64,000 nt of DNA from Candidatus Calditenuaceae archaeon HR02 (GTDB taxonomy: Archaea; Thermoproteota; Nitrososphaeria_A; Caldarchaeales; Calditenuaceae): positions 14,276 through 78,275 of the forward strand of contig BEHE01000011.1 in NCBI GenBank assembly GCA_002898395.1, written 5' to 3'. The notes under the pieces are model-generated. The model made no database searches and was not told the origin of the DNA. It saw nothing but the letters and a program-made list of their open reading frames with translations. Shown piece after piece: positions 1 to 10,189 of this stretch. The position numbers and the translations under genes were made by a program. The number at the start of each line of letters is the position of its first letter. The first letter of the stretch is position 1.

Positions 1-209
1 AGTACCGAGGATTCGCGACTGGCCTTGCTTGCCTCCTCGAAGCTCTCGGGCCCAACCCGCCCCGCGTTGACCGCCACCTGTATAACCCCCGTCGAGTCTC
101 TAAGGTCGATGAAGAGCAGCCGCCCGTGCGACCTCTTCCTCCAGACCCAGCCTCTAAGCTCAACCTCGACGCCTTCACCCGCGTCGAAGACCTCACTCAC
201 ATTCCTCAA
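1..209 (-). CDS. asnS: Asparaginyl- (or aspartyl-) tRNA synthetase, N-terminal OB-fold; runs off the window edge
   Basis: Manual minus-strand translation [32 protein letters not shown]...ASRESSV, typical class IIb anticodon-binding domain; TTG start assumed. Confidence 0.75.
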   Translation of the reverse strand, partial: MRNVSEVFDAGEGVEVELRGWVWRKRSHGRLLFIDLRDSTGVIQVAVNAGRVGPESFEEASKASRESSV

Positions 210-249
210 GCTAGACCAACATAGCGTCTGTGAGACCAATTATACATAG

Positions 250-900
250 TTATGTCTGGGCCAGTGTTTTAGCCTCTGAGCCGGCCTCGTATGTGCCGAT
301 GAGTATCATGGTTAGGGCGACGAGCTGGGCTGCGTGCCCGAGAATATAGTATAGCAGGTTTAGGGGGGTTAGGAAGAAGAGTATGTGGCTTAGAAGAAGT
401 GCTAGGAATCCAGCGAATATGCTTCCAGACCCTCTCGGCCTCCCGCTTACCCAGTTGTGGGCTGTCTCCACGACTAGGTAGACAAGTAGCCCCGCGGAGA
501 TGATCTCGAAGAGGGGGTTATAGATGGTGAGGAGGAGCGGGTAGAGGAGCTGCACAGCCTGGGGGGTCCTGAGCCTAGGCAGAGCGTAGGCTGCTATGAA
601 GATGACGTATGCGACGACCCTGATAACGGAGTAGACGACCTCGACGGTGACTAGACCTAGGAGGGGTTGAAGGGGGGGTCGGCTTATAGGCCCGGCCACG
701 GTTACTATGAATCCGATTACTGCGACTCTGAATAGCATAGCTACCGACATGAAGGCAAACCCTACCCCGAGGAGGAAGAAGCCCCAAGAGCCGAGAACCC
801 TATAGGCCCTGAATGACTGGACTGCTATGAAGAGGCCTATCACTAGGCTGACGGCCTCAAAGACCACGTCAATTCTCAGGAGCGAGAATATTCCTAACAA
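250..900 (-). CDS. Hypothetical multi-pass membrane protein
   Basis: 216 aa with about 6-7 hydrophobic segments. Confidence 0.7.
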   Translation of the reverse strand: MLGIFSLLRIDVVFEAVSLVIGLFIAVQSFRAYRVLGSWGFFLLGVGFAFMSVAMLFRVAVIGFIVTVAGPISRPPLQPLLGLVTVEVVYSVIRVVAYVIFIAAYALPRLRTPQAVQLLYPLLLTIYNPLFEIISAGLLVYLVVETAHNWVSGRPRGSGSIFAGFLALLLSHILFFLTPLNLLYYILGHAAQLVALTMILIGTYEAGSEAKTLAQT

Positions 901-951
901 CCGCTAAACCTAGCTGAGGCGGGAGAAAAAATACGTATAGTTTTCGGCATC

Positions 952-1524
952 TTAAGCGTTTCCTGTGTAGGAAGTCTCACAAAATGTGCCGCCCTGGCGG
1001 AGATGGAGCCGCGTCGCTTGCAGCCCAGTGGTCAGGTCTATGAGCTCCTTGAAGATGTAGAAGCTACTCTGTGTGCCATCTTGCCTCGCTACTGTCACTC
1101 TATAGACGACCAACTGTACTTCGTCACCAATATTGAGCTTGTTCTCAAAGGCGAGCCTGACGAGGCTTACCGACTCGTTATCAACCAGCAGCCACATGGG
1201 GGTCTTGACCACTACTCTACCCGTCAACGTCTCGACGACCATGTAGCCCCTGTCAAGCTCGACGAGCCTCCCCGATAGCTGGAGCTCCTCTGTGGATACT
1301 GTGAAGTTGAGGAGTGGCACCCGCCTCCACCCCCCGTGATGCATCCGATACATGCCAACACCACCGCGGGAGTCACTACCCAGCTGCATGGGCCACTGAT
1401 AACCCGCGACTCCCGCCGCTACCCGGGCATAGACATAGGGCGGCTGGTGAAGCAGGATCGCCACGACCAGCAGACCCGCGACGCCCGCCGCGACAATGGC
1501 CGAGATCTTAAACCCACGGTGCAT
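952..1524 (-). CDS. Hypothetical membrane-anchored protein, possible OB-like beta domain
   Basis: N-terminal TM helix, G/M/H-rich linker, beta-rich C-terminus. Confidence 0.65.
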   Translation of the reverse strand: MHRGFKISAIVAAGVAGLLVVAILLHQPPYVYARVAAGVAGYQWPMQLGSDSRGGVGMYRMHHGGWRRVPLLNFTVSTEELQLSGRLVELDRGYMVVETLTGRVVVKTPMWLLVDNESVSLVRLAFENKLNIGDEVQLVVYRVTVARQDGTQSSFYIFKELIDLTTGLQATRLHLRQGGTFCETSYTGNA

Positions 1525-2082
1525 ACAGCTTCAACATATCCTCAGTGAATGCATAATAAAAGCCGCGTGTACGAATCGTCTAGCGCGGCCTCCTAGCCCC
1601 TCTGCCAGACTCAGCGAACCTCAGCAGGTTTACAAGAACTGGGGTATCGGTCCGGGGAATCCTAGGTCTCTGAAGCCCTCAGCCTCCTTCTGTACCACCC
1701 GTCGGTCGCCAGCGCAACTCTCCTCACACGCAACGTTAGCGATGGTCTTCAGCAGCCCCTTCCTTGCCATGAACCTGTGGACGGCTGGCGTCTCGCCCGG
1801 GTAGTAGAGGGAGGTAGGGACGCCGAGAGGAGCGGGGCCTCTTGGGCCATAGCGCCACCGCCGCAGAAGACTGCAAGGGCGTTGGAGATCAGCGGATAGC
1901 GCCAGCCTGGGCTCAGACAACGTCAAGCCGGTTCAAGCGTGGCACATAGAGAATCTCGCAAAGAGGCTTGAAAGGCCCCGCCCGATATGGGTGTTCATAT
2001 CTCCCTACAATTTAAAAACTATGGATGCTTCGGCGTGTAAGCGAATGTTTAAATACAACCCCAATATGAGGAAGACGAAAAA

Positions 2083-3327
2083 GTGTCGCATAAAATTTGT
2101 GGAGTTCACAAAAGTATACTCATAATTTACGGAATAAACTACAAGAACACACCCATATCTTGGAGGGAAATCGTCTACAGGGAACTCGAGCGACTCCGGC
2201 TTAGCAACGCCCTGAACGGGTTGAGGTTCGGGAGGGCTCGGGCTTTCATCACGACCTGCCATAGGATAGAGGTTGTGTCCCTGATGCCCCCCGACGACAA
2301 GGGCGCCGCAGTAGAAGGAACGCGCGCCAACTTCCTTGGCCCCGACCACTATATCAGGATGGGTAGGGACGCAGTAGCCCACATCCTGAGGCTCGCAGCG
2401 GGTCTCGAATCCGCTGTGCCGTTTGAGAACCAAATAGCCAAGCAGGTCTCGGAGGCAGAGGTTTCGGGCGAGGGGCGATGCTCGTCGATTTTGAGAGGGA
2501 TGTTGATCTCTGCGGCGGATCTCGCTAGGCGTATCCGTTCGCTCATCGGAGCCCCGTACAGGTCTCTCGGCATGTTAGCGGGGGAGCTGGCGCTGGACCG
2601 CCTTGGAGACGGCTCTCGGGTCCTCCTGATAGGTTCCGGAACTATGGTCCGAGACGTAGGATCCGTTTTGCGCAGCTCGGGCAGGAACCTCAGGGTATAC
2701 GTTCTAACAGATAGGAAAGCGCTGGACGGCCCCCTCAGTGACGCCTCAAGGCTCTCCTACGAGGAGATATGTCGCTCAGAGAGAGAGGTCCAAGGATTTG
2801 AAGCTGTGATATCAGCCACCAAGAGGAGTCTGAACAATGAATACCTGGAGAAGATATTCGCCGGACGCTACCCCCAGCTAGTGATTGATCTCTCGTTTCC
2901 GCGCTCCCTCGATCCATTATACGTCTCCGAAAGGAGCGAGGAGTACCTTGACGTGGACACGCTGGGAATGATCGCAGAGAAGAAGTACTCATTGACGGAG
3001 GAGGAGCTGATTACGGCGAATTCCATCGTAAACGCTTCAGTCGAAGTGATCTACAGACACGTTGCGAGTGAAGTACTGGCCGAGGAGGTCGTCCGAGAGA
3101 TCAGGTTGAATGCCGGAAGGATTGTCGAAGAAGAGGCGCGGAACGCCCTCAACTACTTAGACAGTGGGGTCGATCCTGCGTTTGTCGTCCGAAAGTCACT
3201 AGAACGCCTTGTAAACAGGATGCTTCACGCAACCTGTGAGAGTACAAGAAGTATGGCCGAGGGAGGCGTCGACGAGCGACTCTTGATGTTCCTCAAGGAC
3301 GCGTTCGTCGGAGGTGACTCTCGGTGA
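2083..3327 (+). CDS. hemA: Glutamyl-tRNA reductase (divergent)
   Basis: TCHRIEV catalytic motif, GLESAV..ENQI..QV, Rossmann LIGSG, IDLSFPR; first gene of hem operon. Confidence 0.85.
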   Translation: MSHKICGVHKSILIIYGINYKNTPISWREIVYRELERLRLSNALNGLRFGRARAFITTCHRIEVVSLMPPDDKGAAVEGTRANFLGPDHYIRMGRDAVAHILRLAAGLESAVPFENQIAKQVSEAEVSGEGRCSSILRGMLISAADLARRIRSLIGAPYRSLGMLAGELALDRLGDGSRVLLIGSGTMVRDVGSVLRSSGRNLRVYVLTDRKALDGPLSDASRLSYEEICRSEREVQGFEAVISATKRSLNNEYLEKIFAGRYPQLVIDLSFPRSLDPLYVSERSEEYLDVDTLGMIAEKKYSLTEEELITANSIVNASVEVIYRHVASEVLAEEVVREIRLNAGRIVEEEARNALNYLDSGVDPAFVVRKSLERLVNRMLHATCESTRSMAEGGVDERLLMFLKDAFVGGDSR

Positions 3328-4211
3328 GGATCAGGTTGGGGACGCGAAGGAGCAGGCTGGCGGTGATCCAAGCGGAGACAGTAGCTGCGCTGCTGAAGAG
3401 AAGCCGCTCGGATATCGAGGTTGAGATAGTGAAGGTCGCCGCTGAGGGTGACGAGGATCAAAATACAACACGAGACGTCTGGGGAAAGGGAGCCTTTGTG
3501 GGATCACTCCAGAGGAAGTGCGTCGAGGGAGAGATCGATGCGGCAGTCCACAGCCTGAAGGACTTGCCCTTGGAAGAGCCCGGCGGACTAGTGCTCGCCT
3601 CCGTGCCGTTGAGGGACGATCCGAGGGATGCCCTCATCACTAGGGACGGCAGGAAGTTGGGTGAGCTGAGAGTAGGTGCCGTAATAGGGACCAGCAGCGA
3701 GAGGAGGGCGCTCCAGCTGAAGGATCTGAGGAGGGACCTGAAGATCATGGAACTTAGAGGCAACGTGGACACGCGGGTTAGGAAGGTTCTGGAGTTCTCC
3801 GTTTGCGATGGCGCTGTGGTTTCCTACGCTGCTCTCAAGAGGCTTGGTCTGGGATCCCTCCCCTCCGAGGTCTTCGACGTCGAAAGATTGGTCCCTGCCC
3901 CAGGTCAGGGAGCGATAGCTGTGGAGTGCCGCCGCGATGATGAGGAGCTCGTCGACCTGTTGAGGTCGATAGACGACCCTGAAGCTAGGTTCGAGGTGAA
4001 TATCGAGAGGAGGATTTCGAAGACGCTCAGCGGTGGTTGTAGGGTTCCTGTAGGGGTCAACGCTAGGGTGGACGGGTCGAGGGTGAAGGTGGTCGCGACG
4101 ATCACTAAAAACGGGGGAGTGGTGAGGGCCTCAATTGAAGGGCCTGGGATGACCATCGAGACGCTGATAGGTGATTTAGTATCTAGGCTGAGGGGTGTAG
4201 AGGTTGCCTGA
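3324..4211 (+). CDS. hemC: Hydroxymethylbilane synthase
   Basis: GTRRSRLA, AVHSLKDLP, GTSSERR, LRGNVDTR, PAPGQG, GGCRVP. Confidence 0.96.
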   Translation: MRIRLGTRRSRLAVIQAETVAALLKRSRSDIEVEIVKVAAEGDEDQNTTRDVWGKGAFVGSLQRKCVEGEIDAAVHSLKDLPLEEPGGLVLASVPLRDDPRDALITRDGRKLGELRVGAVIGTSSERRALQLKDLRRDLKIMELRGNVDTRVRKVLEFSVCDGAVVSYAALKRLGLGSLPSEVFDVERLVPAPGQGAIAVECRRDDEELVDLLRSIDDPEARFEVNIERRISKTLSGGCRVPVGVNARVDGSRVKVVATITKNGGVVRASIEGPGMTIETLIGDLVSRLRGVEVA

Positions 4212-4932
4212 TGGGGCTCTGCTGGTTGTTGGGACGAAGTCCTTCTGCAGAAGGGCACGTGACCTCTTCTCAAAGATAGGGATACCAGTCGCGACGCTCG
4301 AGGCTCTAGAGGAGGACATTGACTACGAAGACGTAACGGATGCGCTCCTCCAGATGGACGGGTTCGATTGGGGAGTCTTCACAAGTGTGAACGCTGTCAG
4401 GGTCTTATCGGAGACTGCACAACGCCTCGGCCTTGAGAGACCATTGGACCGCCTCAAGTGGGCCGCGGCCGTCGGACCATCGACCGCCAAGGCGCTGGCC
4501 GAGCTGTGGAAAGGGGAGGTCTTCATCCCATCTAGTTACACCACCGAGGTTCTCGCTGAGCAGCTTCCCAACGTTGAGGGCTCGTCCATAATAGCCTTCA
4601 GGTCGGGGCAAGCAGACGAGAGACTCGATACGATCCTTCTCAGACGCGGCGCGCGGAGGGTAGTTCGCGTGAGTGCCTACTCGGTCAGGATCAGGGTGGA
4701 CGCAGACGTCCCATCGGAGCACTCACTCGTGGTGCTTGGGGCGCCGAGCTCCGCACGGGCGTATCACCTCCTCTGCAGGTCTCGAGGTCTTGAGACCAGA
4801 CCTGCGATCTGCATAGGGCCGGTGACGGGGAACGTCGCTACGAAGCTCAGAATAGCAGTGGTGGGTGTAGCTGAGGAGCATTCCCTAGAGGGTGTGGTGA
4901 GGAAGGCGTTGGAGGTGATTGGAAACGCCTAG
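4204..4932 (+). CDS. hemD: Uroporphyrinogen-III synthase
   Basis: FTSVNAV, AVGPSTA, CIGPVT motifs; operon position. Confidence 0.9.
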   Translation: MPDGALLVVGTKSFCRRARDLFSKIGIPVATLEALEEDIDYEDVTDALLQMDGFDWGVFTSVNAVRVLSETAQRLGLERPLDRLKWAAAVGPSTAKALAELWKGEVFIPSSYTTEVLAEQLPNVEGSSIIAFRSGQADERLDTILLRRGARRVVRVSAYSVRIRVDADVPSEHSLVVLGAPSSARAYHLLCRSRGLETRPAICIGPVTGNVATKLRIAVVGVAEEHSLEGVVRKALEVIGNA

Positions 4933-5908
4933 TCCTATAAGGCTTAGGAGACTCAGGAGCTCACCGAAGATCAGAGCGATCGTAAGGGAGACGACCTTGG
5001 ACCCGTCGAGGTTCCTCTATCCTGTATTCGTGAGGGACGGTGAGCGGGTCAAGGAACCTATACCATCGCTGCCCCGCGTCGAGAGGATCTCGATTGACGT
5101 CTTGGTTGGTGAGATCGCATCCATGGCGGAGGAACTGGGCATTGCAGGACTCCTCCTCTTCGGCATACCATCGAAGAAGGACGAGCTTGGCTCGGAGGCC
5201 TACAGTAGGGACGGAACAGTTCAGAGGGCCGTCAGGGCCCTTCACGAGAATGGCTACAAGGGCGTGATAGCGACGGACGTCTGCCTCTGCCAGTACACGT
5301 CGCATGGACACTGCGGCGTAGTGAGGGATGGAAGGGTGCTTAACGATGAGACTCTCGACCACCTCTCAAGAATAGCGTTGAGCCATGCAGAGGCGGGTGC
5401 CGACGTTGTCGCGCCGAGCGCGATGATGGACCATCAGGTCTCAGCCATAAGGCGGGCCCTCGATGAAGAGGGCTTCGAGGAGACCGTCATAATGTCCTAC
5501 AGCGCGAAGTTCGCATCATCACTCTACGGACCCTTCAGGAACGCGGCCCATTCGGCACCATCCTTCGGCGACAGGACCTCTTACCAGATTGATCCGGCGA
5601 ACGGTAGGGAGGCGATGAGGGAGATTGAGCTCGACATAGAGGAGGGTGCGGATATAGTGATGGTCAAGCCCGCCCTCTTATATCTTGATGTGATAAAAGA
5701 GGCGAGGATGAGATTCGGGGTTCCGATAGCGGCGTACCACGTCAGCGGCGAGTATGCCATGATCAAGGCCGCCGGAAGGTTAGGATGGCTGGACGACTTG
5801 TGGGTCGAGATAGAGGCTCTGACAGCCATGAGGAGGGCTGGAGCAGACATCATCATCACATACTCTGCCCTAGAGGTCGCAGAGGTCCTTGGGGGGCGCA
5901 GAAGATGA
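4919..5908 (+). CDS. hemB: Porphobilinogen synthase (Zn-type)
   Basis: DVCLCQYTSHGHCG, SYSAKFASSLYGPFR, MVKPAL, YHVSGEY. Confidence 0.97.
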   Translation: METPSPIRLRRLRSSPKIRAIVRETTLDPSRFLYPVFVRDGERVKEPIPSLPRVERISIDVLVGEIASMAEELGIAGLLLFGIPSKKDELGSEAYSRDGTVQRAVRALHENGYKGVIATDVCLCQYTSHGHCGVVRDGRVLNDETLDHLSRIALSHAEAGADVVAPSAMMDHQVSAIRRALDEEGFEETVIMSYSAKFASSLYGPFRNAAHSAPSFGDRTSYQIDPANGREAMREIELDIEEGADIVMVKPALLYLDVIKEARMRFGVPIAAYHVSGEYAMIKAAGRLGWLDDLWVEIEALTAMRRAGADIIITYSALEVAEVLGGRRR

Positions 5909-7176
5909 GCTCGCACCTCCTCGAGAGGGCCAGGAAGGTGTTGGTCGGGGGGGTGAACAGTCCAGTCAGGTCCTTCAGATCGGTCAGAACGGATCCGATA
6001 TTCCTCACCAAGGCTGAGGGCCCATTCGTCTACGATGCATTAGGGAGGAGATACATTGACCTGATATGCGGGTGGGGCTCGATAATACTAGGACATGCGA
6101 AGAGTGAAATCGTTGAGGCCGCAATCGAGAGGGTAAGGAACGGGCACGCCCTGGGCCTGACATCGGAGCTGGAGGTCGAGCTGGCGGAGGAGGTCGCGAG
6201 ATCCTTCAGATCCGTAGAGCTCATGAGGTTCGCGAACTCAGGGACGGAGTGTGTCATGACTGCCGTGAGGCTCGCGAGGGCCTACACCGGAAGGAAGAGG
6301 GTGTTGGTCTTCGAGGGGTCCTATCACGGTCACTCTGATTTCCTGCTCACAAAGGAGGCTAGGGATCCTGAATCGATGCTGGGGAAGCCTTCTTCCGCAG
6401 GCGTCCTTCCAGAGTTCCTCGACAACACGATCGTTGCGAGGTTCAATGACATCGAATCGGTTAGAAGATGTCTGAGGAGATACAGGGGGGAGGTGGCCGC
6501 AATACTCCTCGAGCCGGTGCCGGCGAACATGGGGGTTGTTCCTCCGATAGACGGGTTCCTGGAGGAGCTCAGGGACGAGGCGGATAGGGAGGATTGTCTC
6601 CTCGTCTTCGATGAGGTCGTGACGGGTTTCAGGATTGCTCGGGGAGGGGCACAGGAGAGGTACGGCGTAGAGGCAGACCTGACATGTCTCGGAAAGGTTC
6701 TCGGCGGAGGTCTTCCAATAGGATGCGTCGGTGGGAGGAGCGAGGTAATGAAATTACTAGCTCCCGAGGGGCCTGTATACCACGCCGGGACCTTTGCTGG
6801 AAACCCACTAGTGATGGTGGTGGGTCTCCAGACCTTAAGGTGCCTAGGCGAACGGGCCTACGAGACCCTCGAGCACGTGAGCGACAGGGTCTGCAACGCG
6901 CTCCTGAGATTGGCCGAGAAGATCGACAGCAGGGTCGTACTCCAGAGAGTAGGGTCGATGTTCACTGTCTTCTTCACAAAGAATGGAGCGGTGAGGGACT
7001 ACAGGGGAGCGAAGTCCTCAGACCTCAGGGCCTTCACATCATTCTTTTCGAAAGCCTTAGGTGTAGGGATCCTAATGCCTCCGTCTCAATTCGAGGCCCT
7101 TTTCGTTACAGTTGCGCACTCTGAAGTCATCTCCGACATGGAGCGAATAGTCGAGGGGGTCGATCAACTTGAATGA
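5905..7176 (+). CDS. hemL: Glutamate-1-semialdehyde 2,1-aminomutase
   Basis: GGVNSPVR, NSGTE, FDEVVTGFR, GKVLGGGLP, GTFAGNP; ATG at 5905 overlaps the hemB stop. Confidence 0.96.
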   Translation: MSSHLLERARKVLVGGVNSPVRSFRSVRTDPIFLTKAEGPFVYDALGRRYIDLICGWGSIILGHAKSEIVEAAIERVRNGHALGLTSELEVELAEEVARSFRSVELMRFANSGTECVMTAVRLARAYTGRKRVLVFEGSYHGHSDFLLTKEARDPESMLGKPSSAGVLPEFLDNTIVARFNDIESVRRCLRRYRGEVAAILLEPVPANMGVVPPIDGFLEELRDEADREDCLLVFDEVVTGFRIARGGAQERYGVEADLTCLGKVLGGGLPIGCVGGRSEVMKLLAPEGPVYHAGTFAGNPLVMVVGLQTLRCLGERAYETLEHVSDRVCNALLRLAEKIDSRVVLQRVGSMFTVFFTKNGAVRDYRGAKSSDLRAFTSFFSKALGVGILMPPSQFEALFVTVAHSEVISDMERIVEGVDQLE

Positions 7177-8182
7177 CATCCTCTTGAGGGCCTGCAGGTT
7201 GGAGGACGTTGAGAGGAGGCCAATCTGGTTCATGCGTCAAGCTGGCAGGTACCTGCCGCAGTACGAGGAGATAAGGCGGGGAAGGAACTTGGAGGAGCTC
7301 TTCATGGACGTTGAGTCCTCAGCCGAGCTTACGGCCATCCCTGTCTGGGAGCTGGGTGTCGACGCGGCCATCGTCTTCGCGGACCTCCTCACACCTCTCA
7401 CGGGCTCAGGCATCAGGGTCGTCTACTACGCCTCAGGCCCCTACGTACCTGAGGCCAAAGACGTCGGCGAGCTTGTCAGGAGGCTGAGGAGGTTCGAGCC
7501 CAACTCGGTACATTACGTCTACGAGACGATTTCGCTGTCGAGGAGATATCTTTCGGACTCGGTTCCCGTTATAGGCTTCGCCGGCGCACCCTACACGCTT
7601 GCCGTTTACCTGGTTGGCGGAATGGAGAAGGACGCAGGGAGGGTGAGGGCTCTGATGAGAATGGGCGATGTGTGGGGCGATTTAATGGACTCGATATCCG
7701 AGATGACCAGACTATACGTCGAGAACCAGGTAGAGTCAGGGGCCCGAGCCATAGCCCTCTTCGACACGCTCTCTTTCACCCTGAACGCAGAACAGTTCGA
7801 AAGACACGTTGTTCGAGAGACGCGAAATCTCGTCTCCGCGATAAGGAGGTTGGGCGTGCCCGTTATCTACTGTGTCAGAAACCCCTTACACCTCCTCGGG
7901 TCAATAGGACCGTTGGGTGTCAACGTTGTCGCGGTAGACTGGACAGTAGACATAGCAGCAGCGTGGAGGGAGGTCGGATACTCCATAGCTATTCAGGGGA
8001 ACCTAGACCCGTCCGTACTCCTTTCAGACAAGAGGAGCATAATCGAGGAGACTGCTAAGATACTGGTTTCGACGAGCAGTAGGAGAGGACACATATTCAG
8101 CCTAGGTCACGGAGTCCATCGTGAGACTCCCATCAGCGCCCTGAAGTTCTTGGTCGATTTCGTGAAGAGGTGGGGGGCATGA
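7169..8182 (+). CDS. hemE: Uroporphyrinogen decarboxylase
   Basis: PIWFMRQAGRYLPQY, IGFAGAPYTLAVY, QGNLDP, LGHGV. Confidence 0.95.
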   Translation: MNDILLRACRLEDVERRPIWFMRQAGRYLPQYEEIRRGRNLEELFMDVESSAELTAIPVWELGVDAAIVFADLLTPLTGSGIRVVYYASGPYVPEAKDVGELVRRLRRFEPNSVHYVYETISLSRRYLSDSVPVIGFAGAPYTLAVYLVGGMEKDAGRVRALMRMGDVWGDLMDSISEMTRLYVENQVESGARAIALFDTLSFTLNAEQFERHVVRETRNLVSAIRRLGVPVIYCVRNPLHLLGSIGPLGVNVVAVDWTVDIAAAWREVGYSIAIQGNLDPSVLLSDKRSIIEETAKILVSTSSRRGHIFSLGHGVHRETPISALKFLVDFVKRWGA

Positions 8183-8661
8183 TACCTGATCCGTTTACGG
8201 CGCTGATAATTCTGAAAGTCGTACACGTCATATCAGCTGCCCTCTGGATAGGATCCATCGTCTCGCTATCGCTGGCCGTGAGGTTCTTGAGGAACATATT
8301 GGGGAGTAACTCCGTCAAGGTCTCAGCGGAGCTTGGGCGAAGGCTGAGACCGCTCACCAGGGCATCTCTTTACTCGACCCTCGCATCGGGGCTCCTCCTC
8401 GCCACCCAGAGGGGTTTCCTCACGGATCTCTCCGCATTGCTCCAGCAGGGTTCCGCAACTATCGCTTTGGCGAAAGCCCTCTTAGGATTGACGTTGCTTC
8501 TAATGGTGAACTACCATTCGGCCCTGGGCGAGAAGGTGGCGAGGGCCTTGGGACCTGAAAGCGCTACGGCCACCAGGAGGAGGCTGATTTACGTAGGGTG
8601 GTCGACTGTAGGGGTCTCAGTAGCGCTAGCGGTTCTAGGGACCATGCTTAGGTTTAGGTGA
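8179..8661 (+). CDS. Four-TM CopD/HemJ-like membrane protein
   Basis: LKVVHVISAALWIG first helix with conserved His; translationally coupled (ATGA) to hemE. Confidence 0.6.
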   Translation: MIPDPFTALIILKVVHVISAALWIGSIVSLSLAVRFLRNILGSNSVKVSAELGRRLRPLTRASLYSTLASGLLLATQRGFLTDLSALLQQGSATIALAKALLGLTLLLMVNYHSALGEKVARALGPESATATRRRLIYVGWSTVGVSVALAVLGTMLRFR

Positions 8662-9845
8662 GGGGGTTGGGATCCGATTCGGAGCTCCTCTCGACCCCTA
8701 GAACGCCTCTCCTGAACGAAAGGGTCCGAGGATGGCTCGAGAGGTTCAGGAGCTCACCGCTTCTGGTCTTCTGGGAGACGACGAAGGCGTGCCCCCTTTC
8801 ATGCAGGCACTGCAGGGCAATGGCCATCCCCAAACCACTTCCAGGAGAATTGACGACGGAAGAGGGTTACAAGTTGATTGAGGATGTCGCGTCTTTCGGC
8901 GATCCGAAGCCGCTGCTCGTGCTGACGGGGGGCGACCCCCTCCAGAGACCGGACCTCTTTGAGCTGATCTCTAAGGCCAATGAGCTGGGCGTACCAACGG
9001 CTATCTCGCCAGCCGTCTCGCAAAACCTTACACCGGATGTCATGATGCGGCTCAAGAAATTAGATATCAGGATGATCTCCGTCAGTCTGGACGGTGCTGG
9101 ATCGTGGACGCACGATCACATGAGGCAGGTAGCGGGGTCCTTCGAGGCCACCGTAAAGGCGATCCGCGAAGCCCTGAGCGTTGGACTTCGGGTCCAGGTC
9201 AACACTGTCGTCTGGAGGAAGAACCTTCTGGAGCTCCCTAAGATAGCCGCGTTGTTGAAGGGGCTTGGCGTGACAGTATGGGAGGTCTTCTTCCTGATAG
9301 TAACAGGGAGAGCTGTCGCAGACTTGGACATAAGTCCCTGGGAGTACGAGGTAGTCATGAGATTCCTCCTAGAGGTCTCGAGGAGGGGGCTTCAGGTCAG
9401 GACCATTGAGGCTCCGTTCTTCAGGAGGGTAAAGGACGGCGTTTGGGCTCCACCAAACGGAGAAGCCCAGAATCTCTACGGAGAGCTCGTCAGGGATCTT
9501 GACGAGCTCATGGGGCCGCCTACCGGCGATCCCGACAGATCCTTCATCCCGACCAGGGACGGGAACGGTGTGATATTCGTGGCCTACAACGGTGACGTCT
9601 ACCCATCAGGATTCCTACCCATCACGCTGGGGAACGTGAGGCGGAGGTCACTGGTGGAGATCTACACCGAGAACCCTTTGCTGATTGCGATGAGGAACGG
9701 CGAGTTCAAGGGAAGGTGCGGCGTCTGCGAATACAGGCTGATCTGTGGTGGATCTAGGGCGAGGGCGTTCGCTGCGACCGGCGACCCCCTAGAGACAGAT
9801 CCGGCATGCCCCTACATTCCCGGAAGAAGGGGAGGCATTAGCTGA
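8658..9845 (+). CDS. Radical SAM/SPASM protein, NirJ/AhbC/AhbD-like (resembles TIGR04053 family)
   Basis: WETTKACPLSCRHCRA (CxxxCxxC), LTGGDP, C-terminal CGVCEYRLICGGSRARA..DPAC. Confidence 0.85.
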   Translation: MRGLGSDSELLSTPRTPLLNERVRGWLERFRSSPLLVFWETTKACPLSCRHCRAMAIPKPLPGELTTEEGYKLIEDVASFGDPKPLLVLTGGDPLQRPDLFELISKANELGVPTAISPAVSQNLTPDVMMRLKKLDIRMISVSLDGAGSWTHDHMRQVAGSFEATVKAIREALSVGLRVQVNTVVWRKNLLELPKIAALLKGLGVTVWEVFFLIVTGRAVADLDISPWEYEVVMRFLLEVSRRGLQVRTIEAPFFRRVKDGVWAPPNGEAQNLYGELVRDLDELMGPPTGDPDRSFIPTRDGNGVIFVAYNGDVYPSGFLPITLGNVRRRSLVEIYTENPLLIAMRNGEFKGRCGVCEYRLICGGSRARAFAATGDPLETDPACPYIPGRRGGIS

Positions 9846-10189
9846 AGCAGACCTAGAGGAAAAAGAAAAGAATTCTGTGAAGTAGGTGACGACGGGCTTG
9901 ACCTTCCCATTCCGAGGCCGATGGCCTACAGGGTCGAAGGAGTTGAGGCGGGCTAATAGACTCCCTTGCGAGCGAGCTGTCCGAGGCCCTTCGCAGGCCC
10001 GGCAGATACGTGTAAATGCCATGGTCGCTATCCTAGCCTACTCAAGCTCTTCAGGAAGGTAAGATGGTGCCGAGACGTCGCGTTATACTGGTTACGGGCT
10101 ATGACCCCGCGGGATAAGAGTCGGGAAGTTTCGCGAAGAGGGTTAGGAGGAGAGGAAAAAATAAATACCTTAAAAGTGTCTTCCAAACC

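Noticed and set aside
1630-1926. 98-aa minus-strand ORF upstream of hemA
   Set aside because: No recognisable motif; may be a relic but cannot be supported.
9850-10180. Possible transposase relic or ncRNA after the heme operon
   Set aside because: No catalytic motif, TIR or convincing structure found by eye.
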